Source: an uncultured Eubacteriales bacterium (lineage in GTDB: Bacteria > Actinomycetota > Coriobacteriia > Anaerosomatales > CAVRZR01). Taken from it: DNA of 64,000 nt. Where the stretch lies: positions 11,199-75,198 of the forward strand of contig CAYGYT010000001.1 in the NCBI GenBank assembly GCA_964354215.1. The letters run 5' to 3'. Positions 17,083 to 23,346 of this stretch are shown here, piece by piece. Within the stretch, counting starts at the first letter, position 1. Each line of letters opens with the position of its first letter. The notes under the pieces were generated by a model, which saw only the letters and a list, made by a program, of their open reading frames with translations, was not told the DNA's origin and ran no database searches. The translations under genes were made by a program, and so were the position numbers.

Positions 17083-17499
17083 TCAGGAGCCGCCGTGGCA
17101 GCTCACGCACTCGTTCAACCGGTAGACCGAGTGCCGCACCTGTTGAACGGGGTCGCCACTGTGACAGCGGCAGCCCGGTATCGGGATCACGAAGCGCCTC
17201 TCGATCGGCGCAGCGGTCCCTTGCGTGACCATCCGGTCGAACGCGGCGCGGTACTCCGTCGCAGGGCGCTCCATGCCGCCGAACGAATAGAGGAGCGCTG
17301 CGATGCCGACGAGCGCGAGCACGGTGATACCGACCCCGATCGCGACGCGCTTGAGCACGCGTCTCCAGTTCCGTCCCGGCGACCCGAGCCCGGAGGCGGG
17401 AGGTTCCTCGGCCACAGTCGAGGTCTCGTCGGCGAGAGGTTCGCGCTCTTCAACCCGACCCGGCTCTTCGACGGCGGTCTCTGTCTCGCGCGCGCTCAT
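17083..17499 (-). CDS. Membrane-anchored small c-type cytochrome-like protein (one CxxCH plus one CxCH)
   Basis: Acidic N-terminus, TM helix VAIGVGITVLALVGIAALLY, and C-terminal GCRCH (17161-17172) and ECVSCH. Start trimmed to ATG 17499 to avoid overlap with the upstream gene. Confidence 0.65.
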   Translation of the reverse strand: MSARETETAVEEPGRVEEREPLADETSTVAEEPPASGLGSPGRNWRRVLKRVAIGVGITVLALVGIAALLYSFGGMERPATEYRAAFDRMVTQGTAAPIERRFVIPIPGCRCHSGDPVQQVRHSVYRLNECVSCHGGS

Positions 17500-17537
17500 G
17501 GCTACGCCACCGCTCCCAGAATCAACATCCGGTGCGA

Positions 17538-17924
17538 CTACCCGTGGATGAGCTGGGGCAGACAGCGGGTGCACACCCACGTGGACGTGCCCCGAGTCCT
17601 GACGGGCAGCAGTGGACGGTCATCTTCTGAAGCCCCGCAGTTGAAACACGCCTGCGGGATGTAGGTCTTGGGCTGCTCAGCGACGTGCTCCTCCACGGCG
17701 TTGTGGTCGAACGGAACCGCCTCGCGTGTCTCTACGGTGAGCGCACCGGTCGGGCAGACGCCCAAGCAGAAGCCCGCTCCGTCGCAGAGCTCCTCTCGAA
17801 CCACGCGAGCCTTGCCGTCGATGATCTGGATCGCGCCCTCGGCGCACGGGCTCACGCACACTCCGCACCCGTTGCAGAGCTCCTCGTCGATACGGACGAT
17901 CTGTCTTGTGACTGTCGTTGACAT
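17538..17924 (-). CDS. 4Fe-4S dicluster ferredoxin-domain protein with Cys-rich C-terminal extension
   Basis: CNGCGVCVSPCAEGAI and CDGAGFCLGVCPTGAL cluster motifs, followed by CFNCG...CTRC. Confidence 0.85.
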   Translation of the reverse strand: MSTTVTRQIVRIDEELCNGCGVCVSPCAEGAIQIIDGKARVVREELCDGAGFCLGVCPTGALTVETREAVPFDHNAVEEHVAEQPKTYIPQACFNCGASEDDRPLLPVRTRGTSTWVCTRCLPQLIHG

Positions 17925-17963
17925 CGTTCTTCCTCCTCTTCTCGGCGGTATCGCCGTGGTGCC

Positions 17964-18443
17964 CTAGTCGTGTGTGGATCGGTCCGCGCCGTCACCGCCG
18001 ACAGCGGCCGGCTCGGCCGCCTGGCGCGCCGACGCCCTCTCGGCCGCGCGCTTGTGGCGCTTCGTCTCCATCAGGTGCTTGATGCCGTCGATCGCGTGTC
18101 CCCGGAACATGGAGCGGCGCCCGGAGTAGCGCATCATCTGCCGCTGCCACTCGCGCTCTTGACTGCGATAGCAGTGGACGTCGCAGTTGGCGCAGAACGG
18201 CTTGGGGTCCTTGGGACAGAACGCGCGGCGGTTCTCCCCGTACGCGAGGTGCGCCTCGCACTCCGCGCACAGGACCGGCGGCCTTCGGCCGTAGACGCCG
18301 AGAACGGCCGCGTCCGTGTGGATCGGCGCACGCTCCACACCCCGGTGCAACCCCTGGCAGTAGATCTCCACGAAGTCGCCGAGGGTGCGCGTGTCCTTCG
18401 CGACCGTTCGGTCGCTCATGCGCTCCTCGAACTTCTGATTCAT
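17964..18443 (-). CDS. YgbA_NO (nitrous-oxide-stimulated promoter) family Cys-rich protein
   Basis: DFVEIYCQGLH...LCAECEAHLAYGENRRAFCPKDPKPFCANCDVHCY...MMRYSGRRMF-like pattern. Start set at ATG 18443 (MNQKFE). Confidence 0.7.
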   Translation of the reverse strand: MNQKFEERMSDRTVAKDTRTLGDFVEIYCQGLHRGVERAPIHTDAAVLGVYGRRPPVLCAECEAHLAYGENRRAFCPKDPKPFCANCDVHCYRSQEREWQRQMMRYSGRRSMFRGHAIDGIKHLMETKRHKRAAERASARQAAEPAAVGGDGADRSTHD

Positions 18444-18515
18444 CCGTCCAGCCCTCGCCTGCGATCGTGTCCACATCCACCAGACCGACCCTACGTGCTC
18501 GCGGGAGCGCTATCC

Positions 18516-18529
18516 TTGACGAGCGTCAA
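18516..18529. promoter_or_regulatory. FNR/CRP-type inverted repeat TTGAC-N4-GTCAA
   Basis: Perfect TTGACgagcGTCAA in the divergent promoter region between the Crp/Fnr gene and the YgbA_NO-ferredoxin-cytochrome operon, centred about 79 nt upstream of ATG 18443. Confidence 0.55.
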
Positions 18530-18593
18530 TTCCGACGAAGAATCCTGACCGATCGAGTCGGGTTGCCGATCGGATGAGGAGGAGCCGGGCACG

Positions 18594-19304
18594 ATGGCGG
18601 GACCGGTCCGAGACGATGTCTACGCGGCTCTGCGCGCCTGCCGGCTCTGGCGCGCAGCGGCCGACGAGACCGTCCGCGCTCTGGCAGGGCGCGCGCTCGT
18701 CTCCGATGTCTCCCGCGGGACGCAGCTCGCGACCGAGGGTGACTCCGCCGAGAAGTTCGGTGTGGTCGTCGCGGGGAAGGCCCGGGTCTTCTCGCTTGCG
18801 CCGGACGGGCGTCGCGTAGCGCTCGAAACCGTCGAGCGCGGCGAGCCGCTCGCGGCGCTCGCGGCCCTATCCGGCGGCCGCTACCCGTTCAACATCGACG
18901 CAGTAACACCGGCGACTGTAGCGTGGCTACCCCGGCAAGCGCTTCTCGATCTCGTGGAGCGGGAACCCCAGGTTGCGCGCGACCTCATCGCCGATCTGGC
19001 CGGTCGAGTCGTGCACTTCACGAGCGTCGTGCAGACGCTCACGCTCGACGTTCCCTCTCGCCTGGCTCGCTACCTCTTCCAGCGAGCCCTCCAGACCGGG
19101 CAGACTACGTCGAGTGGACTCCTCGTCGATCTCGGCATGCGCAAGAACGAGCTTGCCGAGGCGCTCGGCACCGTGCCCGAGACGCTCTCGCGGGCGTTCG
19201 CACGCCTCAAGGGCGACGGGATCATTGCCGTTCGCGGCAGTGACGTGACGATCCTCGACATGCGAGCGCTCGCGGCGCTCGGCAGCGGCTACGAGGACGC
19301 CTGA
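18594..19304 (+). CDS. Crp/Fnr-family transcriptional regulator
   Basis: cNMP-binding-like N-terminal domain and C-terminal HTH NELAEALGTVPETLSRAFARLKGDGII. No N-terminal Cys cluster seen. Confidence 0.88.
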   Translation: MAGPVRDDVYAALRACRLWRAAADETVRALAGRALVSDVSRGTQLATEGDSAEKFGVVVAGKARVFSLAPDGRRVALETVERGEPLAALAALSGGRYPFNIDAVTPATVAWLPRQALLDLVEREPQVARDLIADLAGRVVHFTSVVQTLTLDVPSRLARYLFQRALQTGQTTSSGLLVDLGMRKNELAEALGTVPETLSRAFARLKGDGIIAVRGSDVTILDMRALAALGSGYEDA

Positions 19305-20101
19305 CCCTCGACGGACTGCGCGTTGTCGCCGGACTGGGTCGCCCCGCCGACCGAACCACCGGGCTTCTCCGCAGCGCGCCGCTTCGCGACAGCCGCCTTC
19401 GCACCCTTGTCGAGGGTGCTGGCCATCAGGAAGCCAGCCAGCAGGATCGCGGAGGCGACCATCTCCGCGGGGTAGAGTCCCACCGACTGCCCCGCTCGCG
19501 CCATGGAACCCGCACCGGCGATCACGATCGTCCCGACTGCGATGAGCACGTTGGCCCACATGCGGTAAGCGAACTCCCGCTTTCGCGAGAAGCGCCAGAC
19601 GCTGATGACAGCTCCGCCGAGGAGGAAGACGGTCCCGGGAACATTGAAGAAGAGCGACATGAAACGCGGGTACGAGAAGCTCTCGCCGAGCGCTTGGCCG
19701 CCCACCGTGATGCCGGGGACGAGCTTCTCGGCCTTGAGCGTGACGGTGAGTGTGCCGAGGAGGAAGACCAGGAACCAGCCGAGGTTCATTCCGAGGTACA
19801 CGTCGGGGCCGAAGCGTTTGCGCGCAATGAGGTAGTGGGAGCCCAGCCCGAGAAAACCGACGAGCGACGCCGCGAGCACGATGTAGATCCGATACACGAA
19901 CGGGTTCCACGAGCCCGAGTACTCGGACCACGCCTCCATGACAGCGGCCACCGCGTAGAACAGCAGGCCGACCGTCCAAGCGAGCTGATGGGGCTTCCGA
20001 CGCTGGAGCCACTGCGCGAACACGAGGTACGTGAACACGAACCCGAGAATGGCCGTCGCCGCGGGCCACCACCATCCCGACCAGAACTCAGCGCTGCTCA
20101 C
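19289..20101 (-). CDS. Polytopic membrane protein, unknown function
   Basis: Seven or so helices. The likely GTG start at 20101 is preceded by GGGGAGG. Confidence 0.6.
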   Translation of the reverse strand: MSSAEFWSGWWWPAATAILGFVFTYLVFAQWLQRRKPHQLAWTVGLLFYAVAAVMEAWSEYSGSWNPFVYRIYIVLAASLVGFLGLGSHYLIARKRFGPDVYLGMNLGWFLVFLLGTLTVTLKAEKLVPGITVGGQALGESFSYPRFMSLFFNVPGTVFLLGGAVISVWRFSRKREFAYRMWANVLIAVGTIVIAGAGSMARAGQSVGLYPAEMVASAILLAGFLMASTLDKGAKAAVAKRRAAEKPGGSVGGATQSGDNAQSVEGQASS

Positions 20102-20167
20102 GCCGCCTCCCCTCGATCGGTGCCCGCTGAACGGTGGTGCGCAGCACAACCTCCGACACGCGAGGCG

Positions 20168-21136
20168 CTAGAACTCGTCGAGCCGGGCGTCGGCCTTCGT
20201 CGCCGCTTCGCGCGCCCGGTAGTAGCGCTCGGTCGCGCTCGCCGCAAGGTCCTCGTATGCATCCGCGATCGCCTTGCCCGGGGTCTGGGGCAGCCCGCGC
20301 GCCAACTCGACGATGCGTTGCTCCTGCGCGTTGTAGCGTCGGATTGCGGCGTTTGCGGCCAGGATGTTGCCGGCGAGCCAGGCGGTATTCGACCGGCGGG
20401 AAAGGGCGAGCAACGCGACCTTGCCGTCGACGAAGTCGAGGTAGCGCTTGAAGTCGGCCTCGGGAAAGGCCGTTTCCGCCTGGCTGAAGTACGGGCGGGC
20501 CTGCCGAAACTGCCTCGATGCTTGCTCGGCAAGCCTGCTCGAACGCGTGACGCGGTCCTTCGTGAGCTTGTTGTACTGGCGCACCGACTCGTCAGCGAGC
20601 TTCTCGGCGCCGAGCACGAGCGTCCACCCGTCCTGCGCAGGCTTGAGCGCGAGCCCCGCCTTTGCGTTCGCGTCGAGGATCACATCGGCTGGTTCGAGCA
20701 TCCCGATGCGCGCGACCACGGCAGCGCGTACCAGCTGAGCTCGCTTCTGTTCGTCCTCGGTCACGCTGTCCATCGAGTCCGCGATCAGCCGCCGAGCTTC
20801 GACCAGGTCAGCACGAGCGACCGGGATCTTTGGCCTGAGCGCCGTGGCTTGTGTGGCGATGTCGGGGCTCGCCTCGGCTCGCACGACCTCGTCCACATCG
20901 AGCACGACGGCATCGGACTGCTCGAGCAGCAGCATCGCGCGGTCGAGCTGCCGTGCGCCCTTGAAGCGGCGCGAGATCGCCGAGGAGCCGATGACGCCGG
21001 CGGCAACCAGCACGACGATGACGAGGACGCTCGTGACGATGATGGCCCGGCGACTCAGGCGGCGATACGCCTGCTCCACATGCGGGGGAAGCGGTTGTTC
21101 GTCCAAGCCTGTTTGGACGTTTGGGTCGTCCGTCAC
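20168..21136 (-). CDS. Single-pass membrane-anchored protein with helical extracytoplasmic domain, unknown function
   Basis: GTG 21136 with GGAG 5 nt upstream, TM IIVTSVLVIVVLVAAGVIG, remainder predicted alpha-helical. Confidence 0.55.
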   Translation of the reverse strand: MTDDPNVQTGLDEQPLPPHVEQAYRRLSRRAIIVTSVLVIVVLVAAGVIGSSAISRRFKGARQLDRAMLLLEQSDAVVLDVDEVVRAEASPDIATQATALRPKIPVARADLVEARRLIADSMDSVTEDEQKRAQLVRAAVVARIGMLEPADVILDANAKAGLALKPAQDGWTLVLGAEKLADESVRQYNKLTKDRVTRSSRLAEQASRQFRQARPYFSQAETAFPEADFKRYLDFVDGKVALLALSRRSNTAWLAGNILAANAAIRRYNAQEQRIVELARGLPQTPGKAIADAYEDLAASATERYYRAREAATKADARLDEF

Positions 21137-21299
21137 GCAGTCTCCGGGGTTGGGTGCAGTCGGGCAAGCCGCAGTGACAGCATACTCCCGCCCGCGCGAC
21201 TCTCGAAGCCAGTGCAAAGGGGCGCGCGGTGCACCCGAATTGCTGTCGTTGACGGAACGGTGACAAGGCCGTGGCTGGCACACGTGTTGCTTGCAATTT

Positions 21300-21397
21300 G
21301 GGCGAGCTGGGCGACCCGCCTTCTCCTCCCCCCTCAGGGGCGGAACCCGCCCGCTCGACGCAAAACGAGGCGCGCCCCCCACGCGCCTCGTTTCATT
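21300..21397 (+). ncRNA. Candidate 6C-like small RNA (two stem-loops with C-rich loops; the second is an intrinsic terminator)
   Basis: SL1: gggcg/ccgcc stems enclosing loop ttctcctcccccctca. SL2: aacgaggcgcg-cccccca-cgcgcctcgtt followed by tc att. Lies in a 316-bp gap between divergent genes. Confidence 0.45.
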
Positions 21398-21452
21398 CCC
21401 CAGACCGTTCTCTCGGGTACACTTCTGTCGTTTCTTTGGCGGAAGGAGCGGC

Positions 21453-22421
21453 GTGGCCGAAGCCCTCGAACGACTCGTGAATCTCGCGATGTACCTCGCA
21501 TCCGCGCGCGCCCCGGTCACCTGGGAACAGGTGCGCGCGCACGTCGACGGGTACCCCGCGCACCAGGACCAGGCGGCCTTTCTCCGCATGTTCGAGCGGG
21601 ACAAGGAGGACCTTCGGGAAGCGGGACTCGTCATCGAGTCCGACGCGGACGGTGCCTACCGGCTTGATGCCGCAGCAACGTTCGCGAGCGAGATTTCGTT
21701 GTCGGCTGCCGAGACTGCCACGGTGCGAGCCGTAGGGGCGGCATTCCTCGACGACGAGTCGTTTCCATTCTCCGACGATCTGCGGATAGCACTCGCCAAA
21801 GTCGCGACGAGCGTGCAGGCCGACCATGCCCCAGTAGTGTCCCGGCTTGCCGAGGAACAGCCCGGCCGACAGGGCGCCTCCGTAGCGCTGCTCGATCGTG
21901 CGATCCTGGCGCGCAAGCGAGTCGAGTTCCGCTACGTGAACGCCGCAGGAGAGCGCAAACGGCACTCGGTGGAACCCTTCGGGTTGTTCCTGCGGGACGG
22001 CAGGTGGTACCTCGTCGGCAGAGACCGCGACCTCGACAAGGTCCGGCTGTACGCGGTCCTGAGGATCCAATCGATACAGGCGAACCGCGTACGACCGAAA
22101 TCCCCTGACTTCGATCGGCCGACCGATTTCGATGTGCGGTCCTTCATCGCCCTCCCGTTCCAGTACGGGAGAGATCCGTTCGAGGCGAGTGTCCGCTTCG
22201 AGCCGGCCCATGCATGGCGCACACGGACGCTGACGACGGGGTCGGGAACGCTCGATGAGGCCGATGACGGCTCGATCGAGTGGACGATCGCGGCACGCGA
22301 CCCGGAGCGGCTGATGCGCTGGGTCGTAGAGAACGGACCAGGCCTCACCTTGATCTCTCCAACGGGTCTGGTGCGCGAACTCCGCGAGAGGTGTGCGCAG
22401 GTGGCGGCGCGTCATGGCTAG
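21453..22421 (+). CDS. HTH-WYL-domain transcriptional regulator (PafB-like)
   Basis: N-terminal wHTH (ALERLVNLAMYLAS...), WYL region (RDGRWYLVGRDRDLDKVRLYAVLRI) and C-terminal WCX-like domain. GTG 21453 is preceded by GGAAGGAG. Confidence 0.75.
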   Translation: MAEALERLVNLAMYLASARAPVTWEQVRAHVDGYPAHQDQAAFLRMFERDKEDLREAGLVIESDADGAYRLDAAATFASEISLSAAETATVRAVGAAFLDDESFPFSDDLRIALAKVATSVQADHAPVVSRLAEEQPGRQGASVALLDRAILARKRVEFRYVNAAGERKRHSVEPFGLFLRDGRWYLVGRDRDLDKVRLYAVLRIQSIQANRVRPKSPDFDRPTDFDVRSFIALPFQYGRDPFEASVRFEPAHAWRTRTLTTGSGTLDEADDGSIEWTIAARDPERLMRWVVENGPGLTLISPTGLVRELRERCAQVAARHG

Positions 22422-23346
22422 GGCCACTGCCTCCGAGCGGGCGAAGCGGATGCTCGCCATCCTCCATTTGCTCCAGCCTGGTACCGAGCTCTCCCTCGAC
22501 ACCATGGCCGACGCGCTCGGCATCCCCTCAGCCGAGCTTGCCGACGATCTCGAGACGCTTTCGTGCTGCGGCCTGGCCCCCTACACGCCCGATGCACTCG
22601 TTCCAGTGCTCGTCGAAGACACCGTAGCACTCGTGTGGGGTGACCTCCCGGCGCTTGAGCGGGCGGTGCGGCTGTCCGCGAACCAAGCTCACGCGGTCCT
22701 CGCGGCGCTCCAAGCCGCGGGGCTACCCGCGGACGATCCGCTGTGTCGAAAGCTCGTCGCAGCTACGTCTGCAGACGCCACCGATGCCGAGCGCTTCGAA
22801 CGGGTCCTGTCGAGCGCACGAGCCGAGGGAGCACAGGACGTGCTCAAGGCCGCGTCGCTCGCCCTCGCAAACAGACGCGTCATCCGGCTGAGCTATCAGG
22901 GGGCCGGGGAGAGCACACCACGCGAACGCGTCGTGGAGCCCCTGGGGCTCGTGAACGAGCGAGGTCACTGGTACCTCGAGGCATTCGTACGCGACGCCGG
23001 TTCGCTCAGGACCTTTCGGCTCGACCGGGTTCGCTCGATCGACGTGCTCCCGGACCGTGCGCCCGAGCGGGCCCTCGCCCCATCAGGCGTCGCGTTTGTA
23101 ACGACAGGTCTTCCGGTCGCACGCATACGCCTGTCGACGAACGAAGAGGTGTCGGCGCGCGACTGGCCCGGCATGCGCGTGGTGGCACAGGACGAGACTG
23201 GCGTCCTCATCGACGTGCCCTACTCGGGTACCACGTGGGTCTCTCGGCAGGTGCTCTCGAGGCTCGGGGCCGCCGAGGTGCTCGCGCCGGCCGAGCTTCG
23301 CGAAGCCGTGCGGTGCCTCGCCGAGGAGAACTCGGCGAGCTCCTAG
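22414..23346 (+). CDS. HTH-WYL-domain transcriptional regulator (PafC-like)
   Basis: SERAKRMLAILHLL...SLDTMADALGI HTH and NERGHWYLEAFVRDAGSLRTFRLDRV WYL motif. The ATG overlaps the upstream stop (ATGGCTAG). Confidence 0.75.
   Translation: MARATASERAKRMLAILHLLQPGTELSLDTMADALGIPSAELADDLETLSCCGLAPYTPDALVPVLVEDTVALVWGDLPALERAVRLSANQAHAVLAALQAAGLPADDPLCRKLVAATSADATDAERFERVLSSARAEGAQDVLKAASLALANRRVIRLSYQGAGESTPRERVVEPLGLVNERGHWYLEAFVRDAGSLRTFRLDRVRSIDVLPDRAPERALAPSGVAFVTTGLPVARIRLSTNEEVSARDWPGMRVVAQDETGVLIDVPYSGTTWVSRQVLSRLGAAEVLAPAELREAVRCLAEENSASS

Noticed and set aside
21276-21291. Exact sigma-54-type -24/-12 match TGGCAC-N5-TTGC just upstream of the 6C-like candidate
   Set aside because: The gene content of the window points to Actinomycetota, which generally lack RpoN, and no enhancer-binding protein is nearby. 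A 10-nt match is expected by chance at appreciable frequency in 128 kb of two-strand sequence. It would be worth revisiting only if rpoN is found in the genome.
19694-21667. 657-aa plus-strand ORF spanning several minus-strand genes and an intergenic region
   Set aside because: Low-complexity Arg/Pro-rich translation. It crosses the 6C-like hairpins and two real genes on the other strand and has no RBS.
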